Part shown: positions 18,734-28,966 of the stretch, piece after piece
Layout: every line of letters begins with the position of its first letter
Position numbering within the stretch: the stretch's first letter is position 1
Assembly: GCA_015521765.1 (NCBI GenBank)
Contig: WANO01000038.1
Span: 722 to 64,721, forward strand
Origin: Desulfurococcales archaeon
Lineage (GTDB): Archaea > Thermoproteota > Thermoprotei_A > Sulfolobales > AG1
Length of the DNA: 64,000 bases
Reading direction: 5' to 3'
Made by a program: the position numbers and the translations under genes
The notes under the pieces: generated by a model
Told to the model about the DNA's origin: nothing
What the model saw: the letters and a program-made list of their open reading frames with translations, nothing else
Database searches by the model: none

Positions 18734-19669
18734 ATGCCGAGAGAGGTGGCTGACGCATATATAGAACCTGATAAAACCGATATCGAGGACCTGATAGATA
18801 TATACAGCAGAATACACGGGTTCACAGCAGCGAGCATATATGAAGCCATAGATATGCTTCTTGAGATGCTTGATAAGGCGGATTTGAGATTCCTATCATT
18901 CACAGGAAACCTGGTATCCACGGGGCTAAGGGGGATACTGGCCCAGCTACTGGACCTCAAGATATTTAATGTAGTGATAACCACATGCGGGGCTATAGAC
19001 CATGACATAGCTAAGGGTATGGGGGGTAGGTATCTTAAAGGGTCTTTTGATATGGATGATCTAGAGCTGGCTAAGAAAGAGATCCATAGGCTAGGGAATA
19101 TATTGATCCCGAAAGAAAGCTACGGGCTTATAATAGAGAGATTCACCCACCAACTAGTGGATGAGCTAACCAAAGCCAAGAAGGAGTGGGGACCCCGAGA
19201 AATCCTTAGAGAGGCCGGAAAAAAGCTGAGTGGAGATAGAAACTCTATTCTCGGAGCCTCATACAGAAACAACATACCTATATACGTACCAGGCATCACG
19301 GATGGCGCTTTCGGCACTGCGCTATATACCAGATCCAAGATCACGGGACTGAAAATAGATCTATTCAAAGACATGGATGAGTTAGCCGAGCTAGTATTTA
19401 AATCAAGAGTTAGCGGAGCACTAATACTTGGTGGAGGAATAAGCAAGCACCACACAATATGGTGGAACCAGTTCAAGGAGGGGCTAGACTATGCCATATA
19501 TATAACCACAGCGATCGAGTGGGACGGTTCGCTGAGCGGGGCTAGGCCGAGGGAGGCTATAAGCTGGGGAAAACTCAAAGAGAGGTCCCGCAACACATAT
19601 ATATATGGCGACGCAACCGTGATCATGCCGATAATAGCTATGTACATAATCAAGAAGATAGCCAGATGA
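18734..19669 (+). CDS. dys: Deoxyhypusine synthase
   Basis: FTGNLVSTGLRG, GGGISKHH and DGSLSGARPREAISWGK. Confidence 0.96.
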   Translation: MPREVADAYIEPDKTDIEDLIDIYSRIHGFTAASIYEAIDMLLEMLDKADLRFLSFTGNLVSTGLRGILAQLLDLKIFNVVITTCGAIDHDIAKGMGGRYLKGSFDMDDLELAKKEIHRLGNILIPKESYGLIIERFTHQLVDELTKAKKEWGPREILREAGKKLSGDRNSILGASYRNNIPIYVPGITDGAFGTALYTRSKITGLKIDLFKDMDELAELVFKSRVSGALILGGGISKHHTIWWNQFKEGLDYAIYITTAIEWDGSLSGARPREAISWGKLKERSRNTYIYGDATVIMPIIAMYIIKKIAR

Positions 19670-20484
19670 AAACAATGCAGCCAACCCTAGAGGGCATCAT
19701 ATACGCATCAATACTTCAAGGCGTAAGCGAGTGGCTACCGATAAGCAGTAGCGGACAGGTTGTTCTCTATCTGTTCAACATTCTGAAGCTCGATCCAAGA
19801 GATGCCCTAGATATAGCCCTCATGCTTCATCTAGGAACAGCGCTGTCAGGGCTGGCATACTATGCCAGGGACCTCCTGGGGGAAAGGTGGAGAGAAAACT
19901 TTAGGTTTCTGGCTGTGAGCTATATATCCTCTATAGCTGTCGCCGCACCTATATATCTATATGTTATACCTAGCCTCACCATGTATCTGGATCAAGTAAA
20001 TATCTTTATAGGTGTAGCTCTTGTAGCTAGCGGCATTCTACTCAAGAAAGCAGGATCTAGGAGCCACGGCTCGAGCCATAGAGAATCAGGTGACTACACA
20101 CCCGATATCAGATCCTCAATAATATATGGGCTAGCTCAAGGAATAGCTATATTGCCTGGGTTATCGAGGAGCGCGCTAACGCTATTCACACTGATCTATC
20201 TCGGGTACGGGCCCTCGACAGCAGTTAAATACATGGTTCTAGGCGGGATACCAGCAACACTCACTGCTGGGGTGGTATCCCTATATATGGGTGCGGGTAC
20301 CCCTGGATCATATATAGACCCCTTAACTGGCGCTCTAGCCGTGGGCTTAACCTTTCTTGTAGGGGTGTCACTAATAAAGTTTCTGACTGTCTTCTCCAGT
20401 AGGGCGAGTGTGTATGTATTCAATATAGCTTTTGGATTATTCATAATAGCCCTGCACGTCCCGCTGCTTCTGCAACTGATCTAG
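19666..20484 (+). CDS. uppP: UppP/BacA family polyprenyl-diphosphate phosphatase
   Basis: QGVSEWLPISSSG and PGLSRS motifs; multi-TM; ATGA overlap with dys. Confidence 0.85.
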   Translation: MKTMQPTLEGIIYASILQGVSEWLPISSSGQVVLYLFNILKLDPRDALDIALMLHLGTALSGLAYYARDLLGERWRENFRFLAVSYISSIAVAAPIYLYVIPSLTMYLDQVNIFIGVALVASGILLKKAGSRSHGSSHRESGDYTPDIRSSIIYGLAQGIAILPGLSRSALTLFTLIYLGYGPSTAVKYMVLGGIPATLTAGVVSLYMGAGTPGSYIDPLTGALAVGLTFLVGVSLIKFLTVFSSRASVYVFNIAFGLFIIALHVPLLLQLI

Positions 20485-20617
20485 AGTACAGGTACCGAAA
20501 CCCCAGATGGCTTGTGCAGAGAGGAAGCCCTGGCCTAGAATGGCTCTAGATAGGTCTTGAACCACCCATTATAATATCATATTATATGTGTTGCGTATAT
20601 ATTATATTGGGGTAATT

Positions 20618-20941
20618 ATGGTATCGGCCAAACTAAATAAAGTCATCAAGACCGGCGATAGGAGGTACGATGTGTATGTTGAGATAAACTATAAAGATAA
20701 GCTATACGAGCTGTATCTACCAAAACTCTCCAAGAAGCCCTCCGAGGTTAAATTAGAGGTTAGTGGTGACAGGCTTCATCTAAAGCTTGTGAGCAGGGAT
20801 GAAGGTATATGCTCGTGTGAGCTGGATCTTAAAGATATAGAGAAGGGGTGTGTGATGCTATCATGCAAACCCACGGCTGTATGGATCTCCGATACCGAGC
20901 TAATAAAGTCGCATAGGGTGTATCCCCTAGAATCGACATGA
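20618..20941 (+). CDS. Hypothetical protein
   Basis: ORF with AT-rich promoter-like upstream region; no family recognised. Confidence 0.6.
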   Translation: MVSAKLNKVIKTGDRRYDVYVEINYKDKLYELYLPKLSKKPSEVKLEVSGDRLHLKLVSRDEGICSCELDLKDIEKGCVMLSCKPTAVWISDTELIKSHRVYPLEST

Positions 20942-20965
20942 AGTATAGTCGGAAAGCCTTGCTCC

Positions 20966-22006
20966 CTACCTAACTATCCTTGATGACGCCTTCCTCAACC
21001 TATTCATGATGGCTAATCCTATACCCCTCTCTTCTACGGGTAGAGCTATACATAGATCTATATCCAGCTGGTCTATCTCTCTAAGCTTGGAGTATAGGTT
21101 TCTAGCCACCTCATACAGGTTATCTATAGACCCATAGGAGAGGTAGGCCACCCCCAGAGGCTCGAAGTATCGGGAGTACTCTTTTGGGCCAAGCACACAT
21201 ATTCTTAAACCCTCACCTATAAATGATCTTGCTACCTTAATGGCTCTCGGAATAGGATCCACGGTATCTATAAGGATTAAAGCTCTATCTGGAGCATAGT
21301 GCCTATACTTCGTACCAGGTGATAGAGCCCTATCGGCGCTCCCGAAGCCCCTAGCGAAGCTAGGTATGTCTATCCTGCCTATAGCCTTCTCTAGAAAATC
21401 AACATCTATGGGTCCGGGCCTTAGAAGTGTGGGGGGATCTGTAGTCAGATCTATAATAGTTGATTCGACACCAAAGAAAACCTCACCACCATCAAGTATA
21501 GCATCGATACTGCCCCCGAGGTCCCTCAACACATGTTCTGCCCTCGTCGGGCTGGGCTTACCGGATCTATTGGCGCTTGGAGCGGCTATCGGGGTCCCGG
21601 CCTCATCTATAAGCTTTAGAGCAACAGGGTGTGCTGGGCATCTGACGGCTACCTTATCTAGGCCTCCTGTAGTTACTTTGGGGACCTCTGCCCTCTTCCT
21701 CAAAACTATGGTTAGGGGTCCCGGCCATGCCTTATCGATCAGCCTATATGCCTCCTCGGGCACGTCGCGGGCTAGAATATCTATATGGTCGCTGCTGGAT
21801 ACGTGAACTATCAGCGGGTTATCGGCGGGTCTACCCTTAACCTTGAAGATCTTTTTCACAGCATCGGTGTTGAATGCATCGGCCCCAAGGCCATATACTG
21901 TTTCCGTTGGGAATGCAACCAGCCCGCCCTGTCTAATGATTTCTGCAGCAGCTTTCAGGATGTCTTTTTGTGGTTTAAGAGGATCCACCCTATATACTAT
22001 AGCCAT
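20966..22006 (-). CDS. sua5: Threonylcarbamoyl-AMP synthase Sua5
   Basis: PTETVYGL, KGRPADNPLIVH, APSANRSG, PGTKYRHYAP and C-terminal SUA5 domain. Confidence 0.96.
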   Translation of the reverse strand: MAIVYRVDPLKPQKDILKAAAEIIRQGGLVAFPTETVYGLGADAFNTDAVKKIFKVKGRPADNPLIVHVSSSDHIDILARDVPEEAYRLIDKAWPGPLTIVLRKRAEVPKVTTGGLDKVAVRCPAHPVALKLIDEAGTPIAAPSANRSGKPSPTRAEHVLRDLGGSIDAILDGGEVFFGVESTIIDLTTDPPTLLRPGPIDVDFLEKAIGRIDIPSFARGFGSADRALSPGTKYRHYAPDRALILIDTVDPIPRAIKVARSFIGEGLRICVLGPKEYSRYFEPLGVAYLSYGSIDNLYEVARNLYSKLREIDQLDIDLCIALPVEERGIGLAIMNRLRKASSRIVR

Positions 22007-22237
22007 TATAGCCTACCCGCAGAATACGTTTATTACCTTGTGCTGCATCCGGCTCCAGCCCTGATCTAGTATTTCATTAGACAGATAATTAGCTAAGAGG
22101 TTAAGCGGATCCTGAGAGCCCCAATAGGGGGACCTCCAGAGAAAATTAGCATTAATTAAATTGTTTCCGCCAGAAAAGCTGACTCGATTAAAATTGGGGT
22201 TGAGGCATACAGTATCTATGACATGTCTGCGTGAGGG

Positions 22238-23161
22238 CTAAACCATTCTAGGCTTCAGTATGTGTTCCACACTAGCTATAGGCTTACCATTAACCTGTAT
22301 CGGCACCTTGGCTGGCGGGATCTTGAGGTAGCCAGGTATCCTGTTGGCTATCCTCTCCTCATATGTTGGGACATGGGGGTTCTGGTAGAATACCCCGGCA
22401 TATATCTTGTCTCCGTAGAGATCCGAGAGGTCCCAGGCCCTCTTAATCTTATCGCTGGCCTCCTCAGGAGACTTCACCACGGGGTCCCAGTCCGGAAACT
22501 CCTTCTCTAGATAGGCAACCTTTTGGGCGTACACCTCCTTTGTGTATACATCGTTGTATGTGGGGCATGGCTGGAGGACCTCAACGACCGATAGACCCTT
22601 ATGCTGGATAGCCTTCTTAATAACCTCCTTAAGGTGCTGAACATTATACGCGTATCCCCTAGCGACAAAGGTGTATCCAGACGCGAGAGCCAATCTAACC
22701 GGGTTTATGGGGTCCTGCATGTTTGGCATTGGCAGAGCCTTAGTCTTTATGCCTCTTGGAAGGGTTGGGGAGGCCTGACCCTTGGTTAATCCGTAAACCT
22801 GGTTGTTATGGATAATTATCGTTATATCGATGTTCCTTCTGCCCACAGAGACGAAGTGGCCCACACCTATACCCAGCTGATCGCCGTCGCCCCCGAAAAC
22901 AACCACAGTAAGCTCCGGGTTAGCCAGCTTGAGGCCCGAGGCGAAAGTTACTGCTCTTCCATGAAGAGTGTGTACACCATGTACATTGAAGTAGTGGGGT
23001 ATCTTGCCTGAGCAACCGATACCCCCGACAACGACAGTTTTATAGGGATCCAGCTTGAGCTCGGCGAAGGCCATTAATGCTGCATTCAATATACCGTAGT
23101 CGCCACAGCCTGGACACCAATCGGGGTTGAGGTTAGACTTATATGTTTGCATCAAAGCCAT
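22238..23161 (-). CDS. 2-oxoacid:ferredoxin oxidoreductase beta subunit
   Basis: [31 protein letters not shown] and QPCPT motifs. Confidence 0.95.
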   Translation of the reverse strand: MALMQTYKSNLNPDWCPGCGDYGILNAALMAFAELKLDPYKTVVVGGIGCSGKIPHYFNVHGVHTLHGRAVTFASGLKLANPELTVVVFGGDGDQLGIGVGHFVSVGRRNIDITIIIHNNQVYGLTKGQASPTLPRGIKTKALPMPNMQDPINPVRLALASGYTFVARGYAYNVQHLKEVIKKAIQHKGLSVVEVLQPCPTYNDVYTKEVYAQKVAYLEKEFPDWDPVVKSPEEASDKIKRAWDLSDLYGDKIYAGVFYQNPHVPTYEERIANRIPGYLKIPPAKVPIQVNGKPIASVEHILKPRMV

Positions 23162-23249
23162 AATAACACCATCTAAACCTGTTATAATTCTCTAGCTCAC
23201 TTTTAAAGTTTAACAGCCTTAATTATATCGGTAATTATAGAGATATAAA

Positions 23250-23540
23250 CTATGGTGCAGATATAGATCTAGATCTCTTCTTCCCTCTAACCCTCACTAG
23301 AACATATGTGTAGCCCCTGACCTCACCAACTACAGCGCCGATTCTTTCGGCAAGCCTGGCCATGTCTTCATCGCTCACCTTAGCTCTAGCAGATTTTAGG
23401 AGGCGAACCTTAATCATTCCTGATGTCTCTAGCCTACGCTTGATCTCGTTCTCGATCCCTTCAGTAAGGCCGTTTTTACCCACTATAACGTCTACACCTC
23501 TGGACGACATCTTTCTTCTTATATCTTTCTTTCTAACCAT
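23250..23540 (-). CDS. YhbY/CRM-domain RNA-binding protein
   Basis: VGKNGLT, IKVRLLKS and VRG motifs; basic. Confidence 0.85.
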   Translation of the reverse strand: MVRKKDIRRKMSSRGVDVIVGKNGLTEGIENEIKRRLETSGMIKVRLLKSARAKVSDEDMARLAERIGAVVGEVRGYTYVLVRVRGKKRSRSISAP

Positions 23541-23710
23541 GGATAACACCTGTAGCAGCTAACCCAATAAATATCATCGATAGAGCCCTTATAGGGTGGG
23601 GGTATCTAGGTATTCTAGAAATACATCTATATTATGTTAGCTGAGCAGAAGAATTTGAAAATATATTGTCTAGTGCTTGATGGTCCCGTAAGATCATAAG
23701 CCACTTATAC

Positions 23711-24052
23711 TTATTGGACGGGATCGCCTGTTATGCCATAGTTCTGCTTCCACTCCTCAAAGATCTTCTTTTCAGTATCGTCTAGCTCCCTGGAGAACCT
23801 ATACCATCCACTCTTAGCCTTTGAATCATCGGGGGCCTGGCTGGTTTGCCAGATGCAGTTCACGGGGCACACACTTATACAGCTTCTATCATCTATGCAT
23901 AGGTCCCATATCAGCCTTGCTTTAGCGTTCTCATCCATCTCAAGGGCTTGTGTTGGGCATACAGCTACGCATGCGCCACAGCTTATACATATGTCTTGAT
24001 CTATAACTATTCTCTCGTATTTCTTGAGTTCTTCTCCTGTGGGTGCGGACAT
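23711..24052 (-). CDS. Dicluster ferredoxin with C-terminal extension
   Basis: CISCGACVAVCP and CIDDRSCISVCP motifs. Confidence 0.9.
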   Translation of the reverse strand: MSAPTGEELKKYERIVIDQDICISCGACVAVCPTQALEMDENAKARLIWDLCIDDRSCISVCPVNCIWQTSQAPDDSKAKSGWYRFSRELDDTEKKIFEEWKQNYGITGDPVQ

Positions 24053-24090
24053 TTGATACACCCTTTAATTAATGCTAAAAATTTATAAAT

Positions 24091-24762
24091 ATGGGTCACC
24101 TTAAATTTAAGGTGCGTGGGATGAGATATTTTATAACCGATATACTTATAGAGCATAGAGGCTGCAAGATACAGTATATATCCCACATATGCGAGTCGTT
24201 CCAGTTTTTGGGGATCCAGTCCGGAGGCTCAAGGATCTATTATATAGGATATAGATGCAGCAGCGACGTGAAGGATAGAGATCTCCCGAGCGGGGTTAGG
24301 GTATATAGGCTGGGTAACGGCAGGAGTCTTTTTATAGTTGATAAATGCCTCGAGCATGTGGTGTTGGGGGACCTCGATGTAGTGTTGCTGAACCAGTATA
24401 TACGGGATTGGAAGCCCGTCGTTAGTGTTCTGGTTAGGGGGACCTCCCATCTGAAGAGGGTGCTGAAGCACCTATACACCAACAATCTGAGACCCTTCGT
24501 TATTGGTATGAGGAGTCTGGATTCTGTTGGTAGATCTAGAATATCTAGGAGGCAGGAGCAGGTTCTGGTTCTAGCCTATAGTAGAGGGTTCTTTAATAAG
24601 CCGCGGGGGACCACGCTGGTTGAGCTCTCTAGGGAGCTCAATATTACTGCGGCAACTCTAAACGAGATTATTAGGATTGGTGTTAGGAAGCTTATTGAGA
24701 GATACCTTATAGATAATGGGCTGTTATCCAGGATCGGTGGGGGGCAGCTGGGTAATGATTAG
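24091..24762 (+). CDS. HTH_10 (bacterio-opsin activator-type) transcriptional regulator
   Basis: C-terminal SRRQEQVLVLAYSRGFFNKPRGTTLVELSRELNIT. Confidence 0.85.
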   Translation: MGHLKFKVRGMRYFITDILIEHRGCKIQYISHICESFQFLGIQSGGSRIYYIGYRCSSDVKDRDLPSGVRVYRLGNGRSLFIVDKCLEHVVLGDLDVVLLNQYIRDWKPVVSVLVRGTSHLKRVLKHLYTNNLRPFVIGMRSLDSVGRSRISRRQEQVLVLAYSRGFFNKPRGTTLVELSRELNITAATLNEIIRIGVRKLIERYLIDNGLLSRIGGGQLGND

Positions 24763-26293
24763 GCTGGATGAATGCAGGAGATGCCCGAGGATAGCTATCG
24801 TATTCCCGATATATAGGAGAGCTGCTTTTGGCGGCTTGTTCCCGTATATTGTTAGGGAGTTCCTCGATCCGAGGAGGGTTTCTATAGATCTATATTTCTC
24901 TGACCATAGGAAGAACGGGCTGTGGGTTGGGTATTATTCGGGGAGGCCTCTAGCCAAGAACGACTATATACTCTTCTCCCTATCCTACGAGCTGGACTAC
25001 TACACGATGGTTAGAGCTCTTATCGAGAACGGTATCGAGCCTTACAGAGATAGAAGGAGGGGGACCCCCATAATTATTGTTGGGGGCCCCGCTGTAACCG
25101 GGAATCCAAGGCCCCTGGACTATATAGTTGATGTAGCCGTTGTGGGCGAGGCCGAACCCTTTCTGGCTGGGCTTCAGGAGCATGCTGATGCCGGTAGCGG
25201 TGGCTATAAATCGTTTATAGAGGAGATCAGTGGGGTCCCCGGAGCCTACATACCTGAGCTAGGCAATCGTGTTGAGAGGGCTTGGGTCAGGGATCTTGAT
25301 AGGCTTCACCACCCTATATACCAGTATGAATCCAGCAGCAGGGATCTGGTCTATGGATACGGGCTGAGGGTTGAGGCGACTAGAGGGTGCTATAGATCAT
25401 GTTCATTCTGTATGGAGGGCCATATCTTTGTTCCGTTTAGATTCAGGAGATCGGGGACCCTCATAGATATCATTGAGAAGGGCACATCTATAGCTGGTGT
25501 GGATAGGGTTGTGTTCTTCTCGCTATCCCTCTTCGACAGCCCCGAGATAGATAGGGTGCTTGAGTGGTTGGTTTCCAACAACTATAAGGCTAGCATACCA
25601 TCTGTAAGGCTGGAGACTCTAAACGATGATAGGTTAGAGCTTATCGCTATGCTTGGACAGAAAACCCTAACTATAGCTCCGGAAACCGCATCTGAGAGTA
25701 TTGGATGCCTGATCAGGAAGCCCTATTCCATCGAGTCAGTGGTTGATGTGGCATCTAAATCCCTGAGGATAGGGATCCAGACAGTGAAGCTCTACTACAT
25801 AATTGGTTTCCCAGGCGAGGATGATGGCGATGTGGAGGGGATCGCTAAAACCGCAAACAGAATAGTTGAGAGCTACAGAGGTAGACCCCGCAGAAAGATT
25901 GTGCACTTAAGCATAAACCCGCTAATACCCAAGCCTCAAACACCTATGCAGTGGCTGGGGTTGATGAGTGAAGATGAGTATAGGAGAAAGATTAGGCTCC
26001 TTAGGGGAAGCCTGTTGAGGGGCTCTATAGAGATCGATTTTCTAGACTACAGAGTTGCTTACGTAACCGCTGCAATTGGGCTTGGGGATAGTGAGATCGG
26101 TAGAGTTATAGTTGAGTGGGCTACGAATGGAGATGGCTTTTTAGCCGGGTTCCTGAGGGCTGCTAATGATCTGGGAATAGATCTAAGCTACGTATCTTCG
26201 GGAAGAGAGCTTGGATCCGAGCTTCCCTGGAGCGTGATCAGAGACTCGAGAATGGGCTATTTTGAGGGTGAGTACAGATCCAAATTCCTTTAA
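24755..26293 (+). CDS. Radical SAM protein with B12-binding-like N-terminal domain
   Basis: IVGGPAVT, VGEAE, EATRGCYRSCSFC, TIAPET and PKPQTP motifs. Confidence 0.88.
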   Translation: MIRLDECRRCPRIAIVFPIYRRAAFGGLFPYIVREFLDPRRVSIDLYFSDHRKNGLWVGYYSGRPLAKNDYILFSLSYELDYYTMVRALIENGIEPYRDRRRGTPIIIVGGPAVTGNPRPLDYIVDVAVVGEAEPFLAGLQEHADAGSGGYKSFIEEISGVPGAYIPELGNRVERAWVRDLDRLHHPIYQYESSSRDLVYGYGLRVEATRGCYRSCSFCMEGHIFVPFRFRRSGTLIDIIEKGTSIAGVDRVVFFSLSLFDSPEIDRVLEWLVSNNYKASIPSVRLETLNDDRLELIAMLGQKTLTIAPETASESIGCLIRKPYSIESVVDVASKSLRIGIQTVKLYYIIGFPGEDDGDVEGIAKTANRIVESYRGRPRRKIVHLSINPLIPKPQTPMQWLGLMSEDEYRRKIRLLRGSLLRGSIEIDFLDYRVAYVTAAIGLGDSEIGRVIVEWATNGDGFLAGFLRAANDLGIDLSYVSSGRELGSELPWSVIRDSRMGYFEGEYRSKFL

Positions 26294-26319
26294 GCTAAAA
26301 TATATGGAGAGCTCTAAGA

Positions 26320-27861
26320 TCATGTCCTCTTCGACTCTACAGCTTTCTCAAACCTGTATTTGGGGTTCACATACTCATCCAGGGCTAAACCTATCAGCAC
26401 AAACCCCAGCGTGAACGAAACCACACCGGTTAGGGGCGGGAGAATCCACCACCACGCACCATTAACCAGTGCACCCTCGTAGTAGGCTTGGTTAAGCATT
26501 CTTCCCCATGAGGGGAATGTGGGGTCCCCGAATCCCAGTAGCTGGACAAGCACCTCGTTGAATATGACTGTGGGTACCTCTATAACCACTCCATACACTA
26601 TAAGTGGAACCATTGCCGGGATAATATGCTTCCTTATTATTCTCCCTGAACCCGCTCCAAGAGCTATAGCTGCCTCAACATACTGCTCGTTCCTGAGTGC
26701 TAGGGCCCACGATCTTGATAGCCTGGCTATCACCGGCCAGGAGAGCATGATTATAACTATATATATAACCAGCGTGCTCCTCCCGAAGAAGAGTGATGCA
26801 GCTATAAGTAGTGGCAGTCCCGGCAGCATGAATGTCATGTCGGTTATGAACGATACTAGGTGATCTAGCTTGCTGCCTCCCCTATACCCGGCTATGGAGC
26901 CTAGGAGTATACCGAAGAACACGATCACTATGGCGGCGCTTACACCGAATATATTGGCTACACGCGCTCCAAGTAGGAATTGCGCGAACACGTCTCTGCC
27001 TGCATGATCCGTTCCCATCACACCGTAGGCTAGCCCATAAACCCTTATCTTCACGTCGCCCAGTCTAAACACCGCTTCGGCATCTTCACATCTGGCTGCT
27101 GGCTCGCATATGTAGGTTATGTTTATTCTTATGCTTATAGCTGTGTCTTTCGAGAATATTAGCTCGCTTACTGGGTTAACGTATATTGGTATTTTATATG
27201 GCTGGAAGGAATTGATCATGTGGTAGGGAAGTCTAATCGATGTCTCTATAGATTTATTAGTGTGCTCAAACTGCTGTGTGTTGAGCACGCTAAATGGTGG
27301 GTCTCTATAGTATATGTAGTACCACCTTGGAACAATATAGTACGTGTCCCCCTGAGTTATGTTTCTGAATGATCCCTCAAGATCCCTGTTATAGAGATAG
27401 TATGTTACCGAGTACCCCGGAGACGTATCGCCTCTCAGATCTATTGTGTAGTTCACTGTTGCTAATATAGATCTTGGAGGATCCTTCGTGTATATGAATC
27501 GATCCACAGACTCAACTATAAAGACCCCTCTTCCGCCCCCCGACACCTTGATAATATCTTCACCCGTATCTATCTCTAGACGCCCCTCCCTCTCTACGGC
27601 GACAAGCCTCCAGCCACTATATATATATTCCTGGTTCACCGGTATGTTTGGGTTGAAGAATGTGAACCATTCAGGAACTGCTAGTGTGTCGGCCACCTGC
27701 TGGCTTGTTGCTTCAGGATCAATTAGGTATGTCGGCCCCAGAAACCCGAGAACCAGGTAGGATATAACTATAGCTAGCCCCAGCACTCCTTTCCTGCTTT
27801 TCAGGATTATATATATGATCTCTGAAACGCTCGACACATGCGACCCTGATGAAACGCTCAA
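26320..27861 (-). CDS. Oligopeptide ABC permease (DppC/OppC) with large extracytoplasmic loop
   Basis: GTDHAGRD and EAA motif (YVEAAIALGA). Confidence 0.9.
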   Translation of the reverse strand: MSVSSGSHVSSVSEIIYIILKSRKGVLGLAIVISYLVLGFLGPTYLIDPEATSQQVADTLAVPEWFTFFNPNIPVNQEYIYSGWRLVAVEREGRLEIDTGEDIIKVSGGGRGVFIVESVDRFIYTKDPPRSILATVNYTIDLRGDTSPGYSVTYYLYNRDLEGSFRNITQGDTYYIVPRWYYIYYRDPPFSVLNTQQFEHTNKSIETSIRLPYHMINSFQPYKIPIYVNPVSELIFSKDTAISIRINITYICEPAARCEDAEAVFRLGDVKIRVYGLAYGVMGTDHAGRDVFAQFLLGARVANIFGVSAAIVIVFFGILLGSIAGYRGGSKLDHLVSFITDMTFMLPGLPLLIAASLFFGRSTLVIYIVIIMLSWPVIARLSRSWALALRNEQYVEAAIALGAGSGRIIRKHIIPAMVPLIVYGVVIEVPTVIFNEVLVQLLGFGDPTFPSWGRMLNQAYYEGALVNGAWWWILPPLTGVVSFTLGFVLIGLALDEYVNPKYRFEKAVESKRT

Positions 27862-27867
27862 GCACCC

Positions 27868-28911
27868 TCACCTCTCGCCTATCCTGACCCTAGGATCGAT
27901 TATAGCTATAATGACGTCAGCGAGATACAGCGAGATAACCACTAGCATTGCTGATACAACGAAGAAGGCCAGTATCACTGGGTAATCGTAATTCTGGAAC
28001 GCCTGATAGGCATAGTAAGCTATACCGGGCCACGATGACAGTATCTCGATAGCTATAGATCCGCCGAATATTCCTGGCATCGCGTACGCAAGCCTAGTCA
28101 CTATTGGGGGCTTAAGGTTTGGGGTTATCTCCCTAAATATTATTGTCTCGTCGCTAAGCCCCTTGGCTCTAGCTGTCGTAACATACTCGTTCCCCATCTC
28201 CGCTATTACCAGCTGCCTAAAGAAGTATGCCCATGACCCGAAGAAAGAGATTAGCGAGGCCACATACAGGGGTGTCAGATACCATAGCCAGTAGGCTATA
28301 TTGCTGAGGCTAAGCTCCGAGGGTGATGGAGGCCTTACTGGCAGGGGGACTATGTATACTCCGAATGTTGTTTTGGGTATATAGGCGAATACTATGTATA
28401 TCAGCAGTAGCATTATCCATGGGGGCATAACGAACGCGGCTATACCGGATAGGGTAAGCAGGGTGTCTAGAGCCTTGCCTCGTGTTTTAGCTAGATAGAG
28501 GCTTACGTAGTAGCCGAAAACTATCGGGACTATTGTTGCGAAGACATATAGTGCTAATGTATATGGTAGCCTAGCCAGTATCTCGTCCGATACCTTTCTG
28601 TTCGAGTAGAGTGAGTAGCCGAAGTCGAATGTGAATACGTTTTTAAGGAACAGCAGTAGCTGATCCGGTATCAGCGGCCTGTCTAGCCCGAATGTCCTTA
28701 TAGTGAACTCCACTAGCCCCGTGAATCTAGGGTCATCCTGGTTCCTTAAAACACTCATCAGGAAGGGGTCAGTCTGACTTGGCAGAAACAGGCTTCCTCC
28801 CGAGAGGGGGACTGGTAGGGCTCTCACAAATATAAAGAAAAATATTATGGAGACCAGAAAAACGAGAAACATCACTATTGATCTCGTTATTATGTATCTT
28901 GAAAGCGACAT
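27868..28911 (-). CDS. Oligopeptide ABC permease (DppB/OppB)
   Basis: FDFGYS, YVTTARAKG, WPG and DPRVR motifs. Confidence 0.9.
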   Translation of the reverse strand: MSLSRYIITRSIVMFLVFLVSIIFFFIFVRALPVPLSGGSLFLPSQTDPFLMSVLRNQDDPRFTGLVEFTIRTFGLDRPLIPDQLLLFLKNVFTFDFGYSLYSNRKVSDEILARLPYTLALYVFATIVPIVFGYYVSLYLAKTRGKALDTLLTLSGIAAFVMPPWIMLLLIYIVFAYIPKTTFGVYIVPLPVRPPSPSELSLSNIAYWLWYLTPLYVASLISFFGSWAYFFRQLVIAEMGNEYVTTARAKGLSDETIIFREITPNLKPPIVTRLAYAMPGIFGGSIAIEILSSWPGIAYYAYQAFQNYDYPVILAFFVVSAMLVVISLYLADVIIAIIDPRVRIGER

Positions 28912-28966
28912 TTGGGTTCCGTGTATTATTATTGTTTGAGTAGGAATATTTCTCAACAGATACGGA

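Noticed and set aside
17487..23267. 17-nt perfect complementarity between the rpl7ae leader (17487-17503) and the yhbY 3' end (23251-23267)
   Set aside because: One such match is plausible by chance in 64 kb with this composition; no other support for an antisense interaction
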